From a virus, in IMG/VR virus record IMGVR_UViG_3300047408_000186, positions 7,872-71,871 of that record: a DNA stretch of 64,000 nt; one strand, 5' to 3'. Of the stretch, positions 27,739 through 36,520 are shown one piece after another (position 1 is the first letter of the stretch; each line of letters begins with the position of its first letter). Both the position numbers and the translations under genes were made by a program. The notes beneath the pieces are model-generated. The model saw only the letters and a program-made list of their open reading frames with translations. It was not told the origin of the DNA and searched no databases.

Positions 27739-28290
27739 TCAGCGTTCCTGGCGCGGTCGCGTCTTGCGGGTCTCGTGCCAGACCTTCAGCGACTTCAGGG
27801 ATTCGATCGCCTCCACCAGGGCCTCAGCGGCACCTGCCAGCCGGTCCAGCGGGCCGCCACCGCCCAGGCGGTCGATGGCGTCGGCGGTGGCGTCGCCACC
27901 ACTGTCCAGGGGGTTGTTGATCGCCTCGGCGACCGCGTCCAACCGGTCATCGAGCACTTCGGTCAGTCGCAGCAGAGCATGGGCGATGGCGAAGCGGCCG
28001 TCGGTGGTGGCGCGGTCCTCGATCTCAAGCTCGATGTCCTGATACCGCTGCTTGAGCCATTCGGTGGCGGTCTGGGTGCTGGCGTTGGTCGTCATGGCTG
28101 ATTTTCTCCTGACGCTCCATTCGACGGGGTTGTCACCGAAGCGCGGATCGGACCCTGGTGCGTGGCGCTGGATTGTCTCCGCCTCGGCGGCGTCGATCAC
28201 CTTGGCGGCTCTGCCGGAGCGGGCATGCGCCTCGTGCGGTGGCAGCCTTTCATCGGAGAAGTCGGCGATGGGGTTGAGGATGCCGGTCAT
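27739..28290 (-). CDS. Hypothetical protein (strong internal start at 28095)
   Basis: ATGA overlap at 28287-28290; second AGGAG-preceded ATG at 28095. Confidence 0.6.
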   Translation of the reverse strand: MTGILNPIADFSDERLPPHEAHARSGRAAKVIDAAEAETIQRHAPGSDPRFGDNPVEWSVRRKSAMTTNASTQTATEWLKQRYQDIELEIEDRATTDGRFAIAHALLRLTEVLDDRLDAVAEAINNPLDSGGDATADAIDRLGGGGPLDRLAGAAEALVEAIESLKSLKVWHETRKTRPRQER

Positions 28291-28733
28291 GGCGGCGGTG
28301 CCCTTGTCGTTTGGAAGTGGAGGATGTGCCGGCGGGGGATTTGCCAGACGTCGAGGTTCGCCAGACAGGATTCGGCGTCTTCACAGATCGCCACCTCAGC
28401 GCCGCACATCCGCGCCTCGACCAAGAACGCCTGCTGCGCTTCGCTCAGCACGCCGAGGCGTGGGCGCTTGATCTCTTGGAAGTAGACCCTGGCGCGCCAC
28501 AGGAAGGTCAGGTCGGGAATGCCGTCGATGATCCCCAGCGCGATGCGGATGCCGGGGTTTTTGTAAGCGGAATTGCTATGATCGACGGCATACCACAGGA
28601 CGCCGTTCCGTCGCCGCCCCGGTGCGCCGATCTCCTTGCGCAGACAGTCGCCGATCTGCTTGTGCAGGTCGTATTCCTCCGGCTCCGGCATGGTCAGCCT
28701 TAGCTGCGCCGGGGCCTTCACGATCCGCGCCAT
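28287..28733 (-). CDS. VRR-NUC domain nuclease
   Basis: EYDLH..GIPDL..FQEIKRP..LSEAQ. Confidence 0.85.
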   Translation of the reverse strand: MARIVKAPAQLRLTMPEPEEYDLHKQIGDCLRKEIGAPGRRRNGVLWYAVDHSNSAYKNPGIRIALGIIDGIPDLTFLWRARVYFQEIKRPRLGVLSEAQQAFLVEARMCGAEVAICEDAESCLANLDVWQIPRRHILHFQTTRAPPP

Positions 28734-28942
28734 CAGGCGGCGGCGACGGCGGTCTTGAGGTAGCCGATGACAGCGAATTCGACGATCTGCGAGCGCGCCC
28801 GCTGCTGGCGATCAGCCTCCCTGTCGATCGCCTCCACGAGATCGGGCGGCAGCGACACGGTCAACTGGGTCCGCGTCCGGCTCGGTGGCGGATAGCGTCC
28901 GCGACCGGTGGCAGCAAGCAGCGGCGCGTTGGTGCGTGGCAT
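28733..28942 (-). CDS. Ribbon-helix-helix (CopG-like) regulator
   Basis: LTVSLPPDLVEAIDREA....RSQIVEFAV..YL. Confidence 0.8.
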   Translation of the reverse strand: MPRTNAPLLAATGRGRYPPPSRTRTQLTVSLPPDLVEAIDREADRQQRARSQIVEFAVIGYLKTAVAAA

Positions 28943-29008
28943 CGATTTGTCCTTACAACTAAGCGGTGAACCCTTGCACAATCAGTCAGTCCGTGCAATA
29001 CCCTTCGT

Positions 29009-29578
29009 ATGGCACACAAACCCGTAACTGCTTGGCAGTTGGAAAAGTCAGTCGGCGTCTGGCAGCGGCTGCAAGAGCAGTTCTCCGTTGACACGACGTC
29101 GCTCAGCAACGACGAGAATGTCGTCGGCACCGCCGTCGATCTGCCGGACAGCCTGTCGCTGCCGGACGGCGGCCATGTGCCCAATCCGCACATCCTCCTG
29201 GCACGGCTGATCGATGACGCGGTGTGGGCTGATCGGCGGGTCGAGGAAGCCGACAATCTCCGCAAGCGCTACACGTCGCGGCGGGACCGCTACGCCGAGC
29301 GCAGCGACGCGATTCGCGCCCACATCTCCGCGCTTGCGGAAATCCTCGACGTCAGTTCAGCCGAAGGTGAGCTTGGCGCTTTCGATTTCACCAAAGGCCG
29401 GTCCAGTGTGGTCGCCGACGTCGATCGGCTGCCCGAGCAATACATCCGCGAGAAGATCATCCGCGAGGCGGACAAGATCGAATTGGCGAAAGCGCTGAAA
29501 GCGCTGAAGCCCGGCGAGACGATCGAAGGCGCGGAACTGTCCAATCCCGGCTGGGTGCTGCGCATCACGCCGTTCTAG
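29009..29578 (+). CDS. Siphovirus Gp157-like protein
   Basis: DRLPEQYIR..EADKIELAKALK..GETIEGAELSN; upstream of ERF. Confidence 0.7.
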   Translation: MAHKPVTAWQLEKSVGVWQRLQEQFSVDTTSLSNDENVVGTAVDLPDSLSLPDGGHVPNPHILLARLIDDAVWADRRVEEADNLRKRYTSRRDRYAERSDAIRAHISALAEILDVSSAEGELGAFDFTKGRSSVVADVDRLPEQYIREKIIREADKIELAKALKALKPGETIEGAELSNPGWVLRITPF

Positions 29579-29606
29579 CCGACCGCACACACTCAGGAGT
29601 CTTCCA

Positions 29607-30683
29607 ATGAACGACATAGTGCCAGCCGGCAATGGCGGCAATGAACTGACGGCGCTGCTGATGCGCGCCGCCACCGATCCCAACTTCTCGCCACAGAATT
29701 TCGAGGTAGCTATGAAGTTCATCGCCGATCGCGAAGACAAGATCGCGCACCGCGCCTTCAACCGCGCGATGGCGCTGACGCAGGCGGAACTGGAATCGGT
29801 GGAGCGCACCGGCAAAAACGATCATCTGCGGGCGCGCTATGCCACGCTCGACGGCATGCTCTCGGAGATTTTGCCGAAGGCGTCGCAGCACGGGCTGAGC
29901 ATCCGCTTCGGCTCGCAGCCACCGGTCGAGCCGGGCATGAAATGCGTGACCTGCACGGTGGCGCACGACGACGGACATCACGAGACGACGGCGCTGGAAG
30001 GTCCGGTGGTCACCACCGGCTCGCAGGGTGGTCGCATGCAGATGACCGCGATTCAGGCGGTCGGCAGCACGGTGACCTACCTCAAGAGATATCTGCTCGG
30101 CATGGTGTTCTCGCTGGTGCTGTCGGACGAGCAGGATGATGACGGTAGCGGCGGTGCGGGCAGCGGCGGGACGACCCGTCAGCAGGGCACGTCGCCGTCC
30201 TCGCGGCCACCCTATCAGGCGGGCGACGCGCGTGGCTCACGCTCCGACGCAGGCCAGGGCCAGACCCAAGGGGCGCCGACCAACGGCGCGAGCAACGGCG
30301 CACCCAAGCCGCGCGACGATGCCGCGTGGCTGAAGCGGCTCGGCGAGCGGCTGGACCGCCTGACCACGGTGGATGATATCAATGCGCTGATGAAAATTCC
30401 CGAGATCGCCGGATGGCGCGCCGCAGCGTCGGAGGCGGTGCGGGCGGACATCGACGCGCTGGTCGAGGCGCGCGTGCGCAATCTGACTCCCGACGCTACG
30501 CTGAGCGAAGGCGCGCGTGCGCTGATCGCCAATATCCGCGAGGCCGCCGATCTGACGGCGCTCGATCTGCTCGCCACCCTGCCGGAATTCCGACAGAGCC
30601 TGCTGGCGCTGGATTTCGCCGAACAGGACGTGGTCGATGCCGCCTTCAAGGCGCGCGCCGGCGAGCTTGGTGGTGCCGTATGA
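29607..30683 (+). CDS. erf: ERF-family single-strand annealing protein
   Basis: KNDHLRARYATLD, GHHE, QAVGSTVTYLKRYLL..DDDG. Confidence 0.88.
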   Translation: MNDIVPAGNGGNELTALLMRAATDPNFSPQNFEVAMKFIADREDKIAHRAFNRAMALTQAELESVERTGKNDHLRARYATLDGMLSEILPKASQHGLSIRFGSQPPVEPGMKCVTCTVAHDDGHHETTALEGPVVTTGSQGGRMQMTAIQAVGSTVTYLKRYLLGMVFSLVLSDEQDDDGSGGAGSGGTTRQQGTSPSSRPPYQAGDARGSRSDAGQGQTQGAPTNGASNGAPKPRDDAAWLKRLGERLDRLTTVDDINALMKIPEIAGWRAAASEAVRADIDALVEARVRNLTPDATLSEGARALIANIREAADLTALDLLATLPEFRQSLLALDFAEQDVVDAAFKARAGELGGAV

Positions 30684-30901
30684 CGGGCATCACGCTCGAT
30701 GACATGATCGCCGAGATACGCCGGGAGTTGCGCACGCGCGAACTAACCTACGCCTCCGCCATCAAACGCGGCGCGCTCAGCGAGACCGCAGCCCAGCGGC
30801 AGAATGCCCGGCTGAGCGCGGCGCTCAGTGTGCTGACCGGGCTGCGGGAGATCATCGAGATCACCGCCGGGCGCGGCCCCGAGCCGCCACTGGCCGCATG
30901 A
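30680..30901 (+). CDS. Conserved small phage protein
   Basis: ITLDDMIAEIRRELRTRE.TY pattern. Confidence 0.65.
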   Translation: MTGITLDDMIAEIRRELRTRELTYASAIKRGALSETAAQRQNARLSAALSVLTGLREIIEITAGRGPEPPLAA

Positions 30902-31008
30902 GCGTCTGGTGGTGCGATGACTGCAAGATTGCCTACGCGCCGGGGCCTGTGTGCCCGCGCTGCGGCAAGGGCGGCGTCTGGCAGCCCTGGCGCCTGCATC
31001 GCCGATGA
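30898..31008 (+). CDS. 36-aa Zn-ribbon peptide
   Basis: CDDC..CPRCG; coupled on both sides. Confidence 0.5.
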   Translation: MSVWWCDDCKIAYAPGPVCPRCGKGGVWQPWRLHRR

Positions 31009-31205
31009 CCTTCTGGCAGGCTTACCGCGCGCTGGCGTGGGGCATCCTGCGCGGCGTCTTCTTCGCGGCGTTCTGCTTCGGCTCCGGTCTGCTGATGGGA
31101 TATCTGCTCGGCGACCACCCGTGGCTCGCCGCGCTGGTCGGGGTCGCCACGGTGGCCAGCGCGCTGGCGGTCGGCGCCCGGAGCATGTCGCATGGGCGTT
31201 TGTAA
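31005..31205 (+). CDS. Small two-TM membrane protein
   Basis: Two hydrophobic segments. Confidence 0.55.
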   Translation: MTFWQAYRALAWGILRGVFFAAFCFGSGLLMGYLLGDHPWLAALVGVATVASALAVGARSMSHGRL

Positions 31206-31428
31206 CGAAGTGCAGGAGCGCCGCATGAGCAACGCCCAACAGCGCGCCCTGCGCATGCTTGCAGACGCCCCGCTAGATGCGTTTGCGGTGACGATCCACC
31301 GCATCCGCCGCGACACGCTGCGCCGCCTTTGCGATGCGGGCTTGGCTCGATGGCGCCCATATAGCCGGCCAGTTCCGTCGTGGCAGATCACTCCCGCCGG
31401 GAGGAACGCGCTATGGGAACGACGATGA
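31192..31428 (+). CDS. Winged-helix-like small protein
   Basis: TLRRLCDAGLA..WQITPAGRNAL. Confidence 0.55.
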   Translation: MGVCNEVQERRMSNAQQRALRMLADAPLDAFAVTIHRIRRDTLRRLCDAGLARWRPYSRPVPSWQITPAGRNALWERR

Positions 31429-31823
31429 ACGGTTACACCGAGCGAGCGATCTCTGTGCTGCGTGATACGCACGCTATTCGCGGCGGCACGCGGGCTTTTA
31501 TCAAAGGCGGTCCCGTTGCAAACGAAATCCTGAAATGCGCGGTCGCCTACCTTGAGGCGCAGGACTTTGCAGACGGCGCCTACGGCGAGCCAGCCATCCT
31601 AGCGCTGCACGCGGCATCCCGGTTTGAGCCAGCGTCCGAGCGCTTCCGTTTTCGCATCGGCGCGCTTGGCTACACCCAACGCAGCTTTGCAGCGCGCGTC
31701 GGCGCCAATGAGCGCACCGTGCGTCGTTGGGCAGAAGGAACACAGGACATCCCGCAATGGGTCGGCGTGATGCTCGACCTGATGGAGCGGCTGGCCGCCG
31801 CAGGCCGCCGATTTGCAGATTGA
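31413..31823 (+). CDS. Protein with C-terminal XRE HTH
   Basis: LGYTQRSFAARVGANERTVRRWAEG..IP. Confidence 0.65.
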   Translation: MGTTMNGYTERAISVLRDTHAIRGGTRAFIKGGPVANEILKCAVAYLEAQDFADGAYGEPAILALHAASRFEPASERFRFRIGALGYTQRSFAARVGANERTVRRWAEGTQDIPQWVGVMLDLMERLAAAGRRFAD

Positions 31824-31843
31824 TAGAGGACCACCAATCCCTC

Positions 31844-32029
31844 GTGGCCGACCCGATGACACAACTCGCTGAAACCTATGCCACCCGATATGCAGCAGGT
31901 GACAAATCGTGGGACAGCCTTGTGCGGCTGTTCGACGCCGCTATGCGCGAGGCCACCAACCGCGAACGCGAGCTTGGCCGCGTCGTCGCGGCTATCCTCG
32001 ATAATCGACGCTGCCGAAGCAAGGAGTAG
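31844..32029 (+). CDS. Hypothetical protein
   Basis: Co-oriented small ORF with RBS. Confidence 0.45.
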   Translation: MADPMTQLAETYATRYAAGDKSWDSLVRLFDAAMREATNRERELGRVVAAILDNRRCRSKE

Positions 32030-32032
32030 CCG

Positions 32033-32269
32033 ATGGCTGACCGCATAGTGACCGACGCCATGCTCACGGAGCAGCATGGGGAGTTGCACGACAGTCTGGA
32101 CGCCGTCGCTCTGGCCGTGGGCCGGATGCGCGCCGAGAACGGCCGGATGCGGGCCGCGCTGATAGAGATTCGCGCCGCGATCGTCGCGACGGCGGATGAT
32201 GTGGCTTGGATGCCGGACGGTAGCGAGACGATCGTCGATCGCATTACCGATGCCTTGGGCGAAGACTAG
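32033..32269 (+). CDS. Hypothetical protein
   Basis: AAGGAG RBS. Confidence 0.55.
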   Translation: MADRIVTDAMLTEQHGELHDSLDAVALAVGRMRAENGRMRAALIEIRAAIVATADDVAWMPDGSETIVDRITDALGED

Positions 32270-32309
32270 TGGGGTCGTGGAGTTGAGCCGAACGCCGTAG
32301 ACTGATGCC

Positions 32310-33443
32310 ATGAGCATCCTCACCGTCGGCCTGCACGCCCAGTTCACCACCATCGCCGCTGCGGTCGCTGCCGCAGCTTCCGGCGATACGATCGATGTCG
32401 CCGCCGATCATGTCTATACAAACGACTTCTTCGCCATCGAGAAATCCCTGACGCTGCAAGCGGTTGGCGGCGAGGTGAAGATGGTCGCCACCGTAGCGCC
32501 ATCGAACGGCAAGGCGGCGATCGTCGAAGGCGCGATCGGCCTGAACATCGCGATCAATGGCTTCGACATCTCGGGCGTCGCTGTCGCCGACAAGAACGGC
32601 GCGGCGATTCGCTACGAAGGCGGCAATCTCACGCTGACCAACGACTATTTCCACAACAATCAGGAAGGGCTGCTCGGCAACGGCGCGGACATCCACGGCA
32701 CCATCACGGTGCGGCATTCGGAATTCGCGTTCAACGGCGACGGCTCCGGGCTGACCCATAATTTCTACGCCGGCCACATCGCCTCGGTGCTGATCGATGA
32801 CAGCTATTTCCACGACGCGGTCGTCGGTCACGAGATCAAGTCGCGGGCGATCTCGACCACCATCACGAACAGCCGCATCTTCGACAACAACAGCACCGCC
32901 AGCTATTCGATCGACGCGCCGAACGCGGGCGCGCTGACGGTCGCGAACAACGTGATCGAGCAGGGCGCGAACAGCGAGAATTTCTACGTCTTCGCCTACG
33001 GCGAGGAAGGTGCCACGAATGCCGGCGCGGCGTCGATCCGCAACAACACCATCGTCAACGACCGCGCCACCGCGCGCGGCGTGCTGGCGTCCTCGCCGGT
33101 GCCGTTCACCGGCAACCGCGTCTACAACCTCGCCGATCTCGGCAATGTCGCGGCCTCGGGCAATACCGTGCTGGTCACCCGCCCGACGCTCAATCTGGCG
33201 CCGATGTCCTTCGTCAATCCGCCGGCCGGCGGCACCACCACGACACCGCCGCCGCCTCCGCCACCGCCGCCGCCGCTGACCCTGACGCAGTATCACACGC
33301 TGGAGGCGACCGAGTTCGCCACCTACGCCGCCGCGCACCCGGCGGTCTGGTCCAGCCCGACCGCGCTGGCCGCGATCGAGGGGGAAGTGACATCGACCAC
33401 GGTGCTCGCGCATCCGCTACCGGGCGACCTCTGGTCGGCCTGA
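32310..33443 (+). CDS. Right-handed parallel beta-helix protein
   Basis: TIAAAVAAAASGDTI, NGAAIRYEGG, NQEGLL, THNFY, GHEIKSRA beta-helix repeats. Confidence 0.85.
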   Translation: MSILTVGLHAQFTTIAAAVAAAASGDTIDVAADHVYTNDFFAIEKSLTLQAVGGEVKMVATVAPSNGKAAIVEGAIGLNIAINGFDISGVAVADKNGAAIRYEGGNLTLTNDYFHNNQEGLLGNGADIHGTITVRHSEFAFNGDGSGLTHNFYAGHIASVLIDDSYFHDAVVGHEIKSRAISTTITNSRIFDNNSTASYSIDAPNAGALTVANNVIEQGANSENFYVFAYGEEGATNAGAASIRNNTIVNDRATARGVLASSPVPFTGNRVYNLADLGNVAASGNTVLVTRPTLNLAPMSFVNPPAGGTTTTPPPPPPPPPPLTLTQYHTLEATEFATYAAAHPAVWSSPTALAAIEGEVTSTTVLAHPLPGDLWSA

Positions 33444-33466
33444 GCCGCGCAACAAAACGCCAATGT

Positions 33467-33483
33467 TGTCGGAACTCTTTACA
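33467..33483 (+). promoter_or_regulatory. TGT-N11-ACA box upstream of the PEP-CTERM gene
   Basis: TGTCGGAACTCTTTACA resembles the enhancer-binding-protein (PrsR-type) box described upstream of PEP-CTERM genes. Confidence 0.45.
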
Positions 33484-33537
33484 CGACGCGGATAAAGTAT
33501 CGGCGTAGCCTGCGGCTCTATCCGGAGGATTTCCGCC

Positions 33538-34191
33538 ATGCGCAATCTCTTGCTCGCCGCCACCGCCGTCGGTCTCGCCGCCGCCACGCTGCCGGCGCAG
33601 GCTGCACAGATCATCAGCTTCGGTCAGGTCTCGCCGCTCAACACGGTGACCGCCACCGCCAATGGCGCCGGCACCGCCACGACGATCTCGATCGGCGACG
33701 CGGCGGTGTTGATCGACCAGCTTTTCGGCGCGGTGACTCCGCCGGCCATCGCGGCGTTCATGGACCTGTCGGCGACTTCGATCGACGCCGCCGTCCCGGT
33801 CGGCCCGGCGCTGCTTCAGCACTATTCCGGGTCGTTCTGCATCTCGTCGGCGGTAGGCTGCGGCGGCACGGTGGACCTGCAAGGCAGCTTCAGCGACGCG
33901 GCGTTCGGGCTGACCGGCGGCTCGCAGCTTTCGGTGAACGTCTCCAATCCGCCTGACACGCTGAGCCTGTCGTCCGGCGTGATCCCGGCCGGCGCGCTGC
34001 AAGCTCCGTCGAGCTTCACCCTGTCGATGTCGAATATCAACGGCCTGTCGCTCGACAACGCCACCATCGGCTCCTTCACTTCGTCGTTCTCCGGCGTGGC
34101 CAATGCGGCGGCGGTGCCCGAGCCGATGTCGATGGCGCTGCTCGGTGTTGGCGTGCTCGGCCTCGGGCTGGTCCGTCGCCGGCGCGCCTGA
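33538..34191 (+). CDS. PEP-CTERM sorting-domain surface protein
   Basis: Signal peptide (AQA), Ser/Thr/Gly-rich body, C-terminal VPEP + TM + RRRRA. Confidence 0.9.
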   Translation: MRNLLLAATAVGLAAATLPAQAAQIISFGQVSPLNTVTATANGAGTATTISIGDAAVLIDQLFGAVTPPAIAAFMDLSATSIDAAVPVGPALLQHYSGSFCISSAVGCGGTVDLQGSFSDAAFGLTGGSQLSVNVSNPPDTLSLSSGVIPAGALQAPSSFTLSMSNINGLSLDNATIGSFTSSFSGVANAAAVPEPMSMALLGVGVLGLGLVRRRRA

Positions 34192-34192
34192 C

Positions 34193-34223
34193 AAGAAAAA
34201 AGCCCCGGCATGGGGCCGGGGCT
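34193..34223 (-). terminator. Rho-independent terminator of the late operon (probably bidirectional)
   Basis: AGCCCCGGC/GCCGGGGCT stem with a U-tract on the minus strand. Confidence 0.8.
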
Positions 34224-34274
34224 GAGGCGAATTCGGTAACAAGGCGCCGCTATAGCACGCGCGGTCAGACCCTG

Positions 34275-34484
34275 TCACGCATCGACGGCGCCGTTGGCGC
34301 GCGGGCGGGGCGGCTCACCCATCGGCGGGATCACGCCCCCTCCCTGCATCTGTGAGGCCGCCTGCTGACGCAGGTCGTTGATCAGGTCCGCCACTTCGAC
34401 GAACGGGCGCTGACCAATGATCGACAGGATCATGTTCGCCTTGTCGATCGGCACGACCCAAGTGATCTCTGGCTCTCGCGGCAT
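34275..34484 (-). CDS. Small tail-fibre-associated hypothetical protein
   Basis: AGGAG RBS; RPFVEVADLINDLRQQA pattern. Confidence 0.65.
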   Translation of the reverse strand: MPREPEITWVVPIDKANMILSIIGQRPFVEVADLINDLRQQAASQMQGGGVIPPMGEPPRPRANGAVDA

Positions 34485-34636
34485 GGTGTCTCCTGTGCTG
34501 TTCCATGGCTATCTGCTCGGCCGTCTCGATCTTCGGCGGCGGCTCGACGGGCTTCTGCCAGGGATGGTTGATGATCACCAGTGGCGGTGCCGGCTTCGGC
34601 ATCGCCTTGGTGTCGGTGGGCGGGGTCGCCACACGG

Positions 34637-36508
34637 CTATCCGACATGCTTCTGCTCCAACTGTTTGACGCGGCGGAACAGGGCGCCGATCAGCGCCAGC
34701 GGATCGACGAATAGTTCTTCGCCCAGTTCGCCGCCAAAACGCTGCCGCGCATCAGGGATCGCGTCGAGTTCTTCATCGGTGAGGCCGGCATTCCGCGCCT
34801 GATAGTTGGGCGCCCAAATCCGCACGCTGCTGGCCCACCCATCCTCGGCGACGCGGCCGAGCACCTGGGTCGGCTGGCCGGCGCCATCCATCGATCCCCA
34901 CATCATCGCGGTGCTGACCCAGTGGCCAAACGCGCGCCCGTTGGCCTGTGACCAGATCGTCATGCCGGAATTGCCGGGGCTGGTCACGATCAGCGAGCCA
35001 TTGTTGATCCGCGCTATGCCGCCGACGTTCAGGTCGAGGCCGCACGCCATATTGCCCGAGACGCTAAGCCCGCCGAGCCACAGCGTGCCGCTGATCGCGG
35101 CATTGCCGTTGGCGGTCAAATCCGCGTCGGTGTGAATCGCGCCGGTGGCGTAGATGCCGCCGCCGCTGCCCAGCGTCAGGCCGCCCCACAGCGACATCGC
35201 GCCGTTGTTGTCGATCATCATGTGCGCGGCGATCGGATTGCCGAGGCCGTCGCAGTTGCCGACATAGAGACCGTTTGGACTGGCCCAGAAGCCCACGCAG
35301 ACGCCGCCGTCGGTGGAGTATGCCGAGACGGAAGGCGCGCCTACGGACGACGACAGCAACCGTCCGCCAGCCGCGTGCATGCTGCCCGACGTGGTGAGGT
35401 TGGCGCCGGCGTCGAGTTGCATCGTCGTGCCGCCGTAGCACGACCACAGCCGCAGCCCGCTTTGGCCGTCCCAAGCGTCATACCAGCTTCCGGCCCATTG
35501 CCTGAACCGGTAGCGCCCATCAGTGAAATTCACGAAGTCGCCGAGATTGGCGAAGTAGACGCTGGAGCGGCAGAAGATCGTCGAGTCCACCACGAGGGTA
35601 GACGCGATGGAGAGCGGCCCGGTGAGCGCGCCGCCGGTCAGCGGCAGATAGCCGGCGAACTCGCCCTCGACGCCTTGCAGGTTTGCCCTGACCCAATCGA
35701 CCATGGCGATCTGGCCGACGGCGTTGCCGTCCACCGCCGCGCTCAGCCATGTGCCGTCCCAGCCGAGCGCGTAGTGATGCGCCGCCCAGATGCCGCCGAG
35801 GCCACTGAAGGCGACGCCGGTGCCACCCACGCCGAGCGTGCCGGTCATCACGCCGCCGGCGACTGGCACATAGGGCATCAGCCCACCGCCCACCGTCGGC
35901 GGCGAGGCGAAATCGACCACACCGGAGGCGCGGTTGATCGACAGCGCGGTGCCGAGGAACTGACCGGCGTCGTTGAACCGATTAATGGTGAGATTGCTGC
36001 CGGCGTTGGCGCCGGTCTCCGGCGTGTTGGTCGGCAACAGCAGCATCCACCGCGCCGTGCCGTTGGTGCTGCCCATGATCACGCCGTTCCTGCCGGCTTG
36101 GCGGTTCAGCGTGATCCAGCCGTCACCCGCGCCGGAGTTCAGCGACAGATGCGTCGCGTCGATGTTGAGCGTGCCGGTCAGCGTGCCGCCGGTCAGCGGC
36201 AGATAGCCGGTGCCGACCGAGCCGATGGCGACGTTGTGGACAGCGAGGCGGAAGTTGGTCTGCAACGTCGCCAGCCCGGCCGGCGTGCCATCGTCAAGCG
36301 CGTCGAGTGTGGTCTCGGTATCGATGAAGCTGCCGAGCATCGACGCCACGATCGACGCCTGCCGCCAGACTTTGTTCAGTTGCAGCGACGCGGCTGTGCC
36401 GGTCTGAAAGCCGAGCAATCGTGCGGCGAACGCGGCATCGGCGTATTCCGCCTGCGTCATCACGTTCGCCGCCGGGTCGGCCGCGAAGGGAAGGAAGTCG
36501 TTTGCCAT
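34637..36508 (-). CDS. Tail fibre protein
   Basis: MANDFLPFA..ANV..GFQTG.A.S.QLNKVWRQAS baseplate-attachment N-terminus; YLPLTGG repeats. Confidence 0.88.
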   Translation of the reverse strand: MANDFLPFAADPAANVMTQAEYADAAFAARLLGFQTGTAASLQLNKVWRQASIVASMLGSFIDTETTLDALDDGTPAGLATLQTNFRLAVHNVAIGSVGTGYLPLTGGTLTGTLNIDATHLSLNSGAGDGWITLNRQAGRNGVIMGSTNGTARWMLLLPTNTPETGANAGSNLTINRFNDAGQFLGTALSINRASGVVDFASPPTVGGGLMPYVPVAGGVMTGTLGVGGTGVAFSGLGGIWAAHHYALGWDGTWLSAAVDGNAVGQIAMVDWVRANLQGVEGEFAGYLPLTGGALTGPLSIASTLVVDSTIFCRSSVYFANLGDFVNFTDGRYRFRQWAGSWYDAWDGQSGLRLWSCYGGTTMQLDAGANLTTSGSMHAAGGRLLSSSVGAPSVSAYSTDGGVCVGFWASPNGLYVGNCDGLGNPIAAHMMIDNNGAMSLWGGLTLGSGGGIYATGAIHTDADLTANGNAAISGTLWLGGLSVSGNMACGLDLNVGGIARINNGSLIVTSPGNSGMTIWSQANGRAFGHWVSTAMMWGSMDGAGQPTQVLGRVAEDGWASSVRIWAPNYQARNAGLTDEELDAIPDARQRFGGELGEELFVDPLALIGALFRRVKQLEQKHVG

Positions 36509-36520
36509 CCGGCGGGTTCC

